In this document: positions 13,020-26,030 of the stretch, one piece after another
How positions within the stretch are numbered: position 1 is the stretch's first letter
How the letters are laid out: each line of letters begins with the position of its first letter
DNA from: Camelus dromedarius
Taxonomy: Eukaryota
Assembly (NCBI RefSeq): GCF_036321535.1
Contig: NC_087472.1
Coordinates: 102,240,001-102,304,000 of the forward strand
Direction of reading: 5' to 3'
Length of the DNA: 64,000 bases
Notes under the pieces: generated by a model
The model's input: only the letters and a program-made list of their open reading frames with translations
What the model was told of the DNA's origin: nothing
Database searches by the model: none
Program-made: the position numbers and the translations under genes

Positions 13020-13981
13020 AAAGCTATCACTGTATAAGTGGAGCATGACATTGGGACAGTAGGAGTCAAGAACGAAAGTCAGTGAGCCAGCCTCCATGTA
13101 GAAATGGTCACATCCAACTGAACACAATTTTGAAAAAAAAAAAAAGGGAAATACTCAAAGGAAGCAAAAAGCTCCAAGCCAATGCAATCAACAGTGGTTA
13201 AAAGTGATGGGTTGATTCCTGAGGTGGAAACATTTTTTATTTCATGGTTGCACGATTAGACACAGTAAATCCATATAGTTCTATACCCAGTCAAGCCGCT
13301 TCTTTTATTCCCAAAGCTCAAACCAAGTGTAATAAACAGAAGTATAGTTAAACTGCTTAGGGAGGACCCATTAACACCCTCAAGTTTCAGGAAAACCTAA
13401 TTCAATCTTAAAGATATAGAGAAAAATGCATTTCTGAATTTGTTTAAACAAATCCCTTTTCCAAGAGCCACTCGAATTGATGGGCACCACATATTAACTG
13501 GAAGGGGATGCTTCCCAGCAATAGCTGGATACAGAAAGGAAAAAGCCTCCACAGAAACCAGTCTTTGCATCTACCATTTATCTTATACTCTGGCTGCCAT
13601 TCAAGCACATCAAATCAGCAATAAGAACATAAAGATGTTGGAAGGACTCTGGAAAATGAAGAACCGAGTGTTTGGCACAGGGAGATTTTCCAGGAAAAAA
13701 AAGAAAGCACCAGCAGTCCACACTGCTAAGGACTCAAGAGGCCTCTGCTAGTTCAGCCCACTGAAACACAAATCCCCCAAATGAAGTATATGCAACATAG
13801 CTTTTATATTAAGTACTTGATTTTGCCCATTCACAAAGTTTATAAAAGCAAATTTGTATTTTCATTTACATTGAGAATGATTTGGGTATTCTAAAGTATG
13901 AAATTCTGCCTTGAATTTTAGAATATGAAAAGAGAATGCAATTTATAATTTTGCAACTATGAAAAATAAAGGTCTTAGGTA

Positions 13982-14508
13982 TGTGGTAACCAGCCTCCAA
14001 GACGGCCCTCAATGATCTCCGCCTCCTAGTATTCATGATGCCCTTGTATAGCCCTTTCCCACATTGTATCAGGGTTGTCTGTGTGACCAACAGAAGTGAT
14101 GACATGTGACTTCTCTGGTAAGGACATAAAAGATACTATGGCTTCTGTCTTGCCATCTCTCTCAGATCCCTCACTCTAGGGGAAAGCCAGCTGCCATGTC
14201 CTGAAGACACTCAAGCAGCCCTAAGGAGAGGCCCATGTGATAAGGAACTGAGGCCTCCTGCCAACAGCTGTGTGAGTGAGGGAACCATCCTGGAAGCAGC
14301 TGCTCCATCCCCAATCAGGCCTTCAGATGCCTTCAGCCCTGGATGACAAGTTGACTGCCACCTCAAGAGAGATCCTGAACCAGAACCACCCAGCTTAGCT
14401 CCTCCTGGATTCCTGATTCTCAGAAACTGTGTGAGATAATAGATGTTAATTGTTTTAAGGTCCTAACATTTGAGGTAATTTGTTACACAGCAATATATCA
14501 CTAATACA
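13982..14508 (+). mobile_element. MaLR solo LTR (MLT1F-like)
   Basis: TGTGGTAACCAGCCTCCAAGACGGCCC...GTAATTTGTTACACAGCAATATATCACTAATACA. Confidence 0.85.
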
Positions 14509-14571
14509 ACACATAATTGTTAATCACTTGGGCACTGTCTTCCTTTCTTTATGTTGAAACCAACGCTAAGG

Positions 14572-14735
14572 AGGCAGTACAGCAATATGGAAAGAAGTTC
14601 TGCAGGCAAACATATTCGGGTCAAATCCTAGGCCCACCACCTACAATCTGTGTGCTCTTGGCCAAATTAATTTACTCCAGTGCCTCAGTTTCCTTGGATA
14701 AAACAAAATGGAGATGAGACTATCAATTTCATAGA
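14572..14735 (+). mobile_element. MIR SINE
   Basis: MIR core TGTGTGCTCTTGGCCAAATTAATTTACTCCAGTGCCTCAGTTTCC...AAAATGGAGATG. Confidence 0.7.
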
Positions 14736-14757
14736 CTATTAATAAAAAATCAAAATA

Positions 14758-14946
14758 CAGTTGCCTCTTGAACAACATGGGTTTGAACAGCACAGGCCCA
14801 TTTATACATGGATGTTTTTCAATAGTAAATACTACAGTATTACATGATCTGTGGTTGGTTGAATGCATGGATGTAGAACCACATATTCGATTCCACTGTG
14901 GGAAAGGTCAGTGCCCCTAACCCCTGCTTTGTTCAAGATCAACTAT
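14758..14946. mobile_element. Tc1/mariner Tigger2-type MITE
   Basis: Terminal inverted repeats CAGTTGCCTCTTGAACAA / TTGTTCAAGATCAACT flanked by TA. Confidence 0.75.
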
Positions 14947-15265
14947 ATATAAAAATAACCCAGTACTAAATAAGCATTTAATGTTACTTCCCTCACCTTT
15001 TTAAGGGGTAAATGATTCTGCTAAAATTCAGACCATTTATGAACAGAATTTCAATTAAACTGAACTACTGAACCTTAGGACAGTCGGAAAAGACCCCTTT
15101 TCCCCGTGGATGCAAGGGAAGACTTCAGGGCTATTGCCAGGGTCTGCCATGTAATTATAAAAATAAGGGGGCCACCCTGTGAGACAAGTGTTTTATATAT
15201 AATATTCCATTTAACCTTTTCTCAACATCTCTCCATCAATCAGGGTAAACTCGCTTATACTAAAG

Positions 15266-15475
15266 CAGGGTTTCTCAGCCTCAGCACTACCGACATCTTG
15301 GGTCAGATAATTCTTTGCGGTGGGGGCTGTGCTGTGCACTCTAGGATGCTCAGCAGCATCTATGCACTACATGCCAAAAGCACCTTCCCTAGTTGTGACA
15401 ACCAAAAAACACCTCCAGACATCACCAAATGTCTCAGGGTGGGGAGTGCAACATCACCTCAGTTTGAGGACCAGT
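15266..15475. mobile_element. MER20 (hAT-Charlie)
   Basis: CAGGGTTTCTCAGCCTCAGCACTACCGACATCTTGGGTCAGATAATTCTTTG...CTCCAGACATCACCAAATGTC. Confidence 0.8.
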
Positions 15476-16084
15476 ATGCTAAAGTATCAAACAGTGACCA
15501 CATTTTAATGGCTTAAGCTGATTTTTTTCCCCTCATGCTCATGCTACAAAGTCTGTTTGGTACTGGGGCTCTCTCTACCCAACATTATTTTTATTCTGGT
15601 ACCCAAGTGATGCAGCTGTGTCTATCTGAAACATCAACAGTCATCATGGCAGAAGGTCAAAGAGACATGGCTTTTTAAACATAGCATTTTTAAGAGACAT
15701 GCTAGCCCTTAAAGCTTCTGCCTGGATGAAGGGACATATCACCATCCCTCACAGGCCACCAGCCAAAGCAAATCCATGGGCAAAGATGATAAGAGATAAA
15801 GAATCTTTGTAAACAGTTATGCAGTCTATCAACCCCTAAAACATCCAGAGGTACTAACATTTTATATACAAAGGAATGTATTCACAGGCAACTTGGCAAA
15901 ACTTACCACAGTCTACCAAGAGTCAACCCATATCTAACCCATATATTTAAAAAAAAAAACCATCAACATTCTCTCCACTTTAACACTGGTTTTCACACTG
16001 TGCTCCATGGAAGTGAACTGTTTCTAAAAGTCCTTCAAAGATTCTGTAACATTTAAGTCATTCTAATTTCATTTTTTTTTAAAT

Positions 16085-16625
16085 ATACTTGATTCCACTT
16101 GTAAGTATATAACCAAGAGAACTGCAAACAAATGTCCACATAGAAACCCACACATGAATGTTCACAGCAGCATTATTCACAGTAGCCAAAAGTGGGAACA
16201 ACTCAAATATCCACCAGTGAATGAATGGATAAACCAAATGTGATGTATCTGTAAAGCAGAATATTATTTGACCAGAAAAAGGAGTGAAATACTGATACAG
16301 GCTATAATGTGGATGAACCTTTAAAATATTATGCAAAGTAAAAGGAGCCAGACACAAAAGACCACATATTGTGTGATTCCACTTGTGTGAAATGTCTACA
16401 GTGGCCAAATCTATAGAGTCAGAAAGTAGATTAGTGGTTGCCTAGGGCTAAAGTGGGAGACTGCTAAAGGGTATGGGTTTTCTTGTTGAGAGTAATGAAA
16501 ATGATCTGAATTTGACTGTGGTGATGGTAGAACAACCCAGTGCATATAGTAAAAACCACTGACTTGTACACTTTAAATGAGTGACTTGTGTGGTATGTGA
16601 CACATACGGTAATAAAATTATTACC
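16085..16625 (+). mobile_element. L1MB-like 3' end
   Basis: ATGTTCACAGCAGCATTATTCACAGTAGCCAAAAGTGG and a typical 3' UTR ending AATAAAATTATT. Confidence 0.85.
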
Positions 16626-17591
16626 CCCAAAAAATTTGCCAGAATGGAAATATGTTTGATTTTTTTGTTTTTTTCATTGTTGTCATCTCTTTTTTCCAGA
16701 TCACTATAAAATAAAAGTGATAAAATTTTTGCCAACAGCTGGGGATAATCAAGGTTCTCAGGTACAGAGCTTGGTCACATTCAGAAAAACTGTTTCCCTA
16801 CAGGGAGAAGAAAATGTAATCTGAAAACAGAAGGGGGAGGACCCAGATTCACAAACTTGATGGGGGATAAGAATGAATTTGAAATTTCACAAAAAAAAAA
16901 TATGGTTAGTTGGTTTGTTTACAAGACAGCGCTTGTCACAGAACCAAGTACCAACTACCTACTCCTGTGTGCTCCGGCCACATTCCGCTGGAGAACAGGA
17001 AAAGGTTACCAAACTCCTTAAAAGATAAGGGGGCCAGCCAGGACCAAGTAACAGACCAGAATGATGCCTTCACGTCATAGCAAATTCACTGTCACCTTTT
17101 GCAAAATAATCTCTTGGGGAAAAGTCAGGTATGCCCCTTTATGTAAACCTCCCTCTGGTCATTTTGCCCATGTTTTCTGCATTTGTAGTCCCAGCCATGA
17201 ACGGAGATGGCTTCATAGCTAAACCCCTGCTCACTCCCCACCAGAATAAGTCCCTACCACAATCCACAAGAAACTGAATCAGAAACATTAACAGTTTTGT
17301 ACTGCACTGCAGCCTATTAAAGACCAGAAAACCTTTTCTTCTTAAACTTCGGTACATGGTAATGACTTATCACTTGAAGACAAATTCTCTAATGAAAGTC
17401 AACAGTGACGACTGCAAAGTACTTTGTAGGGCCTACACATGAGGCAACAGAAAAGAATTCTCTTTTAACTTTTCATTTATTTTAAAAGATTTTTCAATGA
17501 AAGGCACTTAAGTAGGAACCTGCTTTCTTAAATTGGGGTCAGAAAATAAGATATGATAACTCTTATAATCTGCACTCTATGCAGAAAGATG

Positions 17592-18128
17592 GTCTTTGTT
17601 TTTTGTGCCATGGACCTATTGGCAGTCCAATGAAGCCTTTTGGATCCCATTTAGGAATGACGTTTGTTTGTTAATTTTTTTTAATTTTTGAGGGGGAATG
17701 TTGTATTTTTTAAATGCAAAAAAATAAAACAGAATTATAAAGGAAACCAATTACATTAAAGTAGTTATTAAAATATTATACTAATTTGTGATACATTAAT
17801 ATATATGTTCTTTTATTATGACTTTAAGTATTAAGAAATAGCAAGAACTCTAATAAGTGCCAAAATTTTGACACAGTGATTAGCATAAATGATACTTCAA
17901 GATATCTGCAACAGCTATGATGCAATATGAAACTGATTTATTGACAACAAAGTCACAGCTGGGGCTAACAGTACTGTGATTTGTTGCCTGCATTGATTAA
18001 CTGATGAAAATACAAAATATCCATTGTTAATCAAAATAAAGACGTACTTTTTTCTCTGTTCAAGGTCAGGGTCCCCTTGAATTCTATCCACAGATCCCTT
18101 GGAGATCTGAGAACCCAGGTAAAGAATT
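17592..18128. mobile_element. MER119-like hAT-Charlie element
   Basis: TTTTGTGCCATGGACC...AAGGAAACCAATTACATT...CCCAGGTAAAGAA; related to the copy at 30848-31305. Confidence 0.7.
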
Positions 18129-19859
18129 CACGTTCAAAACTGAGTATAATAACCTAAGATGTGAATTCTTCCCAGATGGATGCAAATTTTAAGATGTCTG
18201 CAAACACCATTTAGAATGTCTTCTTTATAAATGACATAGAAACAAAAGGTTGTGATTTTATCATTTTTTAAATATTGCCAATGCTTTGTTCCCAGCACAT
18301 AGGAAAGTGAACATTAATAAATAAATAAATAGATAAATAACATCGCCTGGGATAAAAGAAGTAAGCCATGTTCACTTTTATTCTGGACATTCTCTTGACA
18401 TAAATCCCGTTGTTGGACTTGGATGACTGCCTAGAATTTTATCTGTACTAGCTCTTAACCATAGGAGAGAAAACAAATTTTATACTACTCCCAGAATTTA
18501 TCCTCCACCCACCTCCTACACTTTCTGAGATTGTTCTCAGATTTCTTAATCAATATTGAAGTAAGTAAAATCTCCTGTGGCTATGAATTTTGGCAGTCTT
18601 AATGGTATCCATGGAAACGTCCTAATTGAAAACATTCGGCTCCCATTGGATCTTCTTATCTCATGAAGCATTTAAGAGAATTCATTTAAATCCTCCCACA
18701 TACTTGACACCCTATAAAGAGTCTGGCAGTTCTGGGTAATACATATACGGTATGGGGGGGGGGGACCTGTCATCTGTGCATTCAAAATAATTCTAGAGAA
18801 TGGCTTATGGACCCTCAAAACCCCGACTAGGATGTGTCTGCAACTTGGTAAATTTAGCATTTTGTCTGTAATATAAACAGCACTCTGAAGTTAGGCAAAG
18901 CTTATCAGAAATTTCTTTTACTACATTAAAAGTTGTCCGTTTATTAACTTACGCCATAGAAGGTAAGGTGTCAGAAACTGGGAGCCACGTGTTTTCTCAC
19001 CTTTCCTCATAATTTTACCTCACATAGTATTAAATGGCCCCAAGTTTCTACTAAGAATCAACATGGCTTTTCCTACTTTAAAGATCCAGCGCTACAGATA
19101 ATAAACACAGGGTCATAAGAAGACTCAGCTCTACTAGTTTTCTCTTGTCCAAGGCACATGTGTTTTGTGTTATCAGTCGGCATGGACGTGAAGAGGGTAG
19201 AAAATCAGATGCTGCCAGGAAGAAAAGCCCTTTTATCTTTTTATATACCTCATCCTCCTCATGTGTAAAATCGTGGTGAGGACGCCGTGCCCCTCTTCTA
19301 CCAAAAACTGAGGCGGATTACTGCAGCTGAAGCCAAGCTTATCCTTACCCGCCCTCCATCCGCCTAGTGCTGCAGCGCTCACTCAGCAGGAGTGGCCTGA
19401 GAAAGAAAAGGAAACACAAGGGCACACAGAGAGCATGGACACCAGCCAAGGCTGACAGAGTTTCAATAACCTGGGATTAGAAAAGCTGCACAAATATATT
19501 TATTATCAAGATGTTTCAACTTGTTATTATTATCAGCTTACTTTTATTGAGTAAAAGGTTGTGTGCTCACGCCAGATGGTCAGGAGAGCATTAGGAAATC
19601 ATTTCTGAAGGACAGTGCTCAGTAATCCAAAACAAGCCAAAAGTTGAACCTCCTGCTATTCAGACAACCCACCATCCATGGAAAGAGCAGAGGCAATGAA
19701 GTGTTCCTTCTTTCCTTCAGGTTTCAGCCCTGACTGGGCTATAATTATGACAAAATAAAATAACTATCACAATCCCAGTACCAAATGTGTTTGCCAATAT
19801 TTAATCGAATTTAAAATAGAGGCTTTCATTTCATCACCACCCTAAAAGAAGCACCTGTA

Positions 19860-20157
19860 TCCAGGGACCACCATGATGTGAAAAGCCTAAGTCATGTGGA
19901 GGGGCTCCAGAGGATGAAAGGTCACATAGAGAGAGATTGGCCATGGACCCCGACAGACCATTCCTAGGAGTGAAGAGGCCATCTTGAGAGTAGGACCTCC
20001 AGTCTCAGCGGCCCAACCAACACTACCTAGAGCAGAGATGAATTGCCCAGCTGAGACCTTCCAAAATCCCCAACTGACAAAACTGTGAGAATGGTTATTA
20101 TTGTAAACCACTAAGTCCTAGGGTAGGTTTTTAGGTAGCAATACAGGACCAAGACAG
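19860..20157 (+). mobile_element. MLT1H/I-like LTR 3' part
   Basis: CACCATGATGTGAAAAGCCTAAG...GGTAGCAATACAGGACCAAGACA. Confidence 0.65.
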
Positions 20158-21539
20158 TCATCACTTCTTGCATAACTTTTGGTACCATCAGAGAAGTAAC
20201 AGTGAGGCCATCTGACCATTCTTCAGATTAAAAGAAAGTAAACAAGTCAGTCCTTCTAGCTGGCTCAGGACCTCAGAGTCACTTATCCTTAATCCTCAAA
20301 TAAAAGTTCATTTCAGCAAGTGGGTCACCTGACTTCTGGCCAATTCATCCCAATGGGAATCATTAAGGCTCCAGGGGCATTAACGGTGAGGGGTTACCAC
20401 ATTCAAGCTAAGGCCTCCCAAAAGCAGGAAGCCTGGAGTAGCATGCTCAAGTAATTGCTGACTCTTCAGATAAATGACCTCTTGCCTTTAGGAATCCTGT
20501 CTGTGTGAACCCCCAGAGAAACCCTGTACACTGTTTGGCAGCTACCTAACTAATAATGGGTTATGCAACCTATCAATACGCTAATCTCTCAAGAGCAGGA
20601 CACACAGGCTAGTCCTGGAGTCTCTCGTCCATCTATAGCCCATCTGAACCCCGGAATCTACTAACAGTCTCAAGATCTTGTCAAATTTGCCAAAGAACTG
20701 AAATAGACACCGAACACCAAGAGCAAATGACTAGGTGGCTTATGTGGGCAACTTTATTATTTGAGTATTTTTAAATCTATAGTTGTTTCTTCAGTTCCAG
20801 CAAACTAGGACATTTGGCTGTGCTATCTGTATTCTATGCTGCTACTGAAATTAGTTCTACAAATATTCCTAATACGGTTAGAAGAATGGTTGGGACTGAA
20901 TGAGCCCTCAAAGAATACTGAGGACTGTTACTAAGAATAAGGAGGCCTTTACACTCTGCAAAGTGTTTTACAGCTTTGTCCCAAAGCACCCTTTGGAGAG
21001 AAGTTAATTTTGATATGTTCACCTTACAGATCAGGGAATAGGGACACACAAAGACTACAGTGGGAAAGTGCCTTTATGAACCCTAGGCCTCTAACACTGC
21101 TAGAATTTATTCAAATTTATATTATCTATACCTGTCAAGCGTGTATAAAAGCATGGATGATGTGAATGACTATATCTAATTGGTAGACAGCTAAGACAGA
21201 AAACCTAAAAGGCAACTTAAACTCTGATGTGCCACTCTAGACGAGTAATTTCACCTCTCCTTGCCCTTATCCCATCTAAAATACCCAACCCCAGAGGTAA
21301 AGATGATCAAACTAATGATTATTTCTGTTAACTTTCAGAATAACACTGCTTCCCTTACCAGGAATTGGAGTTACTATATAGTAGTAACTCACAGCAAAAT
21401 CCAGAAACTGCCCTGTATTATATGGCAAGTAAATTTTTATCATAGTGCTGATATGAGAGCAAAAGTCGAGAGTGACCTTATCTCAGATAACACAGGAAGC
21501 TGGTGTTTACTCTAAAATACTATTGTTATGGCATATAAA

Positions 21540-21762
21540 ACGAGGTTACCAGGAGTTGGGGAAGAGGAGAAATGGAGAATTACTGCTTAGTGAGTACATA
21601 GTTTCTGTTTGGGATGATGAAAAAGTTCTGGAAACGAATAGCAGTGATGGTTGCACAACTTTGTCAATGTACTTAATGTCACCGAATTGGACACTTAAAA
21701 ATGGTTAAAGTGGTAAATTTTATGTATATTTTACTACAATAAAAAATGTTTAAGGAAAAAAA
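21540..21762 (+). mobile_element. L1MB-like 3' UTR
   Basis: GTTTCTGTTTGGGATGATGAAAAAGTTCTGGAA...AAAAATGGTTAAAGTGGTAAATTTTATG followed by an A-tail. Confidence 0.8.
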
Positions 21763-21999
21763 AATGCCTGCATGAGGAAATCAAACAGTCATGAATGGCT
21801 AAATAATGCACTAACATTTCAATGGTAGAAAATGACTCAAACAAAAAAAGCTAAAACAGTTTGGATTTCATATTAGGTATACGTCAATCTACATGATTTT
21901 GAAAGCCTTTTCAATCTAAACATGTTGTAAGAGACTTCATGGCACTGATCACTCTGGTATTCATACCTAAAAACACTTCTGACTTAGACAATACTTTAA

Positions 22000-24050
22000 C
22001 CAATTGATTAAAATTTAAATCACCAATGAGGGGCAATGAGACATCACATGCTCCTGATGTATTCATTAGCTGAGAAGGGCACATCGCTGACACAGTACTC
22101 AGGCAAAAATGCACAATCTTCACCTAAGCATGAGAAGCCACCAACCAAAACCAAATCTGGTACATGTTACAAAACAGTGTCATGAAATACCACTGTTCAA
22201 AATGTCAATGTCACAAGAGACAAAGAAAAGCTTGCAGGAACTATTCCAGATCAAAGGAGACTAGAGAGCCATGACAAATAAATTCAATGTGTGATCCAGG
22301 GCTGGCTCCTATATTAGGAAAGAACAAAAAGATTCTTATGAATAAAATTTTGGGGACAACTAACAAAATTGGAATATAGACTAGTGACAAAAATATTGTA
22401 TCAATATTAAATTTCCTGAATTGAATAACTGTATGTGCTTGTGTACAGTTTTCAAATTCAATTTCAGTGGAAAACTGGTGAAAACAACTGACTAGATGGT
22501 TACTGTAAGGCTAAAGGAAAAAATAACTGTTCTGCTATAATCTAGTCAGTGAACACGTTTCTCACAGGGATATGGGTTAGCAATTCTGAAACTACTTGAT
22601 GTGTATACCAGAATTAAACAAATAGATAAATATATGAGTTTAAACTATTAAGGCCTAAAAGAGCATGACTATGCAAGCTAATCACAAATGGTTTAGTATA
22701 TATAGATGATGGATGGGTGGATGGATGGATGGATGGGTGGAGATATAAAATACATATATGGAGCAAGAGGAAAAAAGGTAAATGTAGCAAATGTTAAGCG
22801 AATCTGGGTAAGTATGTAAGATTTCCTGGTATTATTTTTACAACTTTTTTGTCAGTTTGAAATTACTTCAGAATAAAAAGCTGAGCCTGGGTCCTTGTCA
22901 CTATGTGGCAGAGAACCACTTACACAACACCAGAAATGCCCACACTGAGAAGGAAAGCTTCTGTTGCGCTAAGCTCCTGAAACCTGGGGCACACAGATGC
23001 TAGTGCTACACTAAGCAATGTGATAGGATTTTAATGTAATTGACTTTGCTTCTTATAGGGCACAGCTCTATTTTCACTTAATCAAATGTTTATCACAAAT
23101 ACTCTAGAAAATGATAAATTAAATGGATATGGATCCACCAAAGAATGCTAAAAATTAATGGGCAAAAGTTTGAGGAGAAACAGGATATTTGCATAGCCTC
23201 AAAACATCTCCCCCATGATACTTTAACTACAAGGGGAAAGATACTGTGAAGACACAAATTTAAACAAGGGATCAAGGTAAACATCACCATATAATATGAT
23301 ACAGCAACATTATGAAATCCATGATACAATGCACTGAAAAGAATGCACCATCATTTTTCTAGTAATCTTGCCAAAAATACACAATCTTATTCAAATCATA
23401 ACATCAAACAAACCAAAACTGAGGGACATTCTAGAAAATAACAGATCAGTACTCTTCAAAAGTGTCATGAAAGACAAGACTAAGAAACCGCTGCAGAACA
23501 GATGAGACTAAGGAGAAATAAGAAGTAAATTCAATATGGGATTCTGGAAAGTATCCTGGAATAGAAACAGACGATCAGTGGAAAGACTGATGAAATTTGA
23601 ATAAAGGTCTATTGTTTAGTTAATAATATTGTAGCAATGTTAACTTCCTACTCTTGATAATTGTACTATGGCTATATAAGATGTTAACATTAAAGGAGCA
23701 GGGTGAGGAATAGAGGGAACTCTGTACTATTTTTTTTGCAACTTTTCTAAAAGTCATTTTTCTGTAAGCTCATCTCTTGAGTGATTGAATGAATATTCCT
23801 ACTGGATTGGACATATATATTAACTTCCACGCCCACTCAAAACTCCATTAGAACAATAATACAAGGCTTTAAAAAAAGGCTTAAATCTACAAGCACGAGA
23901 AAAAAGGAATGAAGAATAAAATCATAGTGGCTAGAAAACAGATGGACATACAGTGACTGCAAGAAAGATAAACCATACGACAGACTCTGGGAATGTAAAT
24001 AGAGCTAGAAGCAGGAAGATAACAGTATTTCAAACCAAAGACACCATTAT
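22000..24050 (+). mobile_element. Cluster of fragmented old L1 (L1MC4/L1ME-type) pieces
   Basis: Repeated L1M 3' motifs (CCAGATCAAAGGAGACTAGAGAGCCATGACA; AAACTGAGGGACATTCTAGAAAATAAC; GGGAACTCTGTACTATTT). Confidence 0.7.
22708..22741. repeat. (GGAT)n imperfect microsatellite
   Basis: GATGGATGGGTGGATGGATGGATGGATGGGTGGA read directly. Confidence 0.85.
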
Positions 24051-24649
24051 TTTAGGTAACACTAGGAAAACACAGCCAAATAAGATATGATACAATACTT
24101 TACCACTCAGATTTATTAAAGGAATTCTTTTAAGACTTAAAGGTTTTCATTTATCGCTCATATTCATAAAAAGGAAAATAAGCAAAAATAATTGCTCAAG
24201 GTTTCCCTAGAACTTTCTCGCCTTCAGAACTGGACTTTTGTCAATCTTTTTGACTAAGAGTGGTCAATGTCCCTATTTTTCCACAGTGTTGTCCTCTGTG
24301 CCATCAATAACATTCAGTGATGCAGCATTTATTAAAAGAATCCATAAAAAGAAACTGGAACCATTAGTATTCAGCTTTGAAATTATGTAAAGCTAGACTG
24401 TTTTTGATTCCTGCTTTGAGTTCGCTGCTAAATACTGGGGGAGCATCCAATTTACCACCCCTCTCACTACCCCCACCTCCCACCCATCTGATTCCTATGA
24501 GTTAACAGTACTCCACTCTAGTATCCTTTCTCAAGCCACTAACACCCAGTCTACAAGCTCTGATGTAATATAAGATACAATCAATTGTGAAATGTCTTAA
24601 AATTAAGTGGTGAGGGGAACATGTGCCTCAAAAATAAAACAAATCAAGA

Positions 24650-26030
24650 AAGTGTAGTATTGGCTTAATGACAGAAATACAGGTCAATGGAATAGAATGG
24701 ACAGTCCAAACATAAACCCTTATATTTGTGGTAAGTTGATCTTGGACAAGGGTTCCAAAACCACTCACAGGAAAAGAATGATGCTAGGACAATTTTGCAA
24801 CAAATGATACTAAGACAACCAGATAGCCATATACAAAAGAATGGAGTTGAACTCCTACCTCACACCATACACAAAAATCAACTCAAAAGGGATCAAAGAC
24901 CTAAACATAAGCACTAAAATTATAAAATTCTTAGAAGAAAACATAGGGGTAGATCTTCATGATCTTGGATTAGGCTATGCTTCCTTAATTATGACACCAA
25001 AAACAGCACTAACAAAAGCAAAAATTAACTTCATCAAAATTCTTAAATTTTATGCTTCAAAGGACACCATCAATAAAGTGAAAAGACAATCCACAGAATG
25101 GGAGAAAATTTTCACAAGTCACTTATCTGATAGAAGATTCATATCTAGAATATATAAAGAACTCTTACAACTGAATATTTTATAAAGACAGATGACCCAA
25201 TTTTAAAATGGGCAAAGGATTTAAATAGACATTTCTCTAAAAAAGATAAACAAATAGCCAATAAGCACATGATATGATCAACATCATTAGTTATTAGTGG
25301 AATACAAATTAAAACCACAATGAAATACCATTTCTCACCCACCAGGATGGCTATAATCAAAAAGGCAGACAACAACAAACATTGGCAAGCATGTAGAAAA
25401 ATTGGAATGCTCATGTATTGCTGGTGGGACTGTAAAATGGTGAAGCACTTTGGAAAAGAGTTTTGCAGTCCCTCAAAAGATTGAACAGAGCTATCATGTG
25501 ACCTAGCAATTCCACTCTTAGGTAATTAACCAAGAGAAATGAAAACATACATCCCCACAAAATGTTCACAGCACACATACATGCACACAAATGTTCACAG
25601 CAGCATTATTCATGATGGCCAAAAAGTTGAACCAACCCAAATGTCCATCAAGTGATGAATGCATAAATAAAATTTGGTATGCCCATATAACAGAATACTA
25701 CTGGGCCATAAAAAAGTACTAGTACATGCTACAACACAGATGAATGTTGAAAACATAATGCCAAGTGAAAAAAGTCAGTCACAAATGACCACTTATTGTA
25801 CAACTTCATTCAAACAAAATGTCCAGAACAGTCAAATCCACACAGATAGAAATTACAGTTATGGTTGTCGAGGGATAGTGGGATTAGGAGTGACTGCTAA
25901 TGGGTACCAGGTTTTTGGAGGGTGATGAAAATATTCTGGAAATAGTGAATTTACTAAAAACTGAATTGCACACTTTAAATGGATAAGTTGTATGGTATGT
26001 GAATTATATCTCAGTAAAGCTGTTATTTAA
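24650..26030 (+). mobile_element. L1MB-type 3' portion (ORF2 C-terminus plus 3' UTR)
   Basis: ORF 24841-25185 'MELNSYLTPYTKINSKGIKDLNI...KRQSTEWEKIF' is L1 ORF2p. 3' UTR ends TCAGTAAAGCTGTTATTTAAAA. Confidence 0.9.

Noticed and set aside
13440..13751. 103-aa ORF over the duplicated element as a conserved small protein
   Set aside because: The paralogous copy has a frameshifting indel, a stop and many non-synonymous changes; no codon-level constraint is visible.
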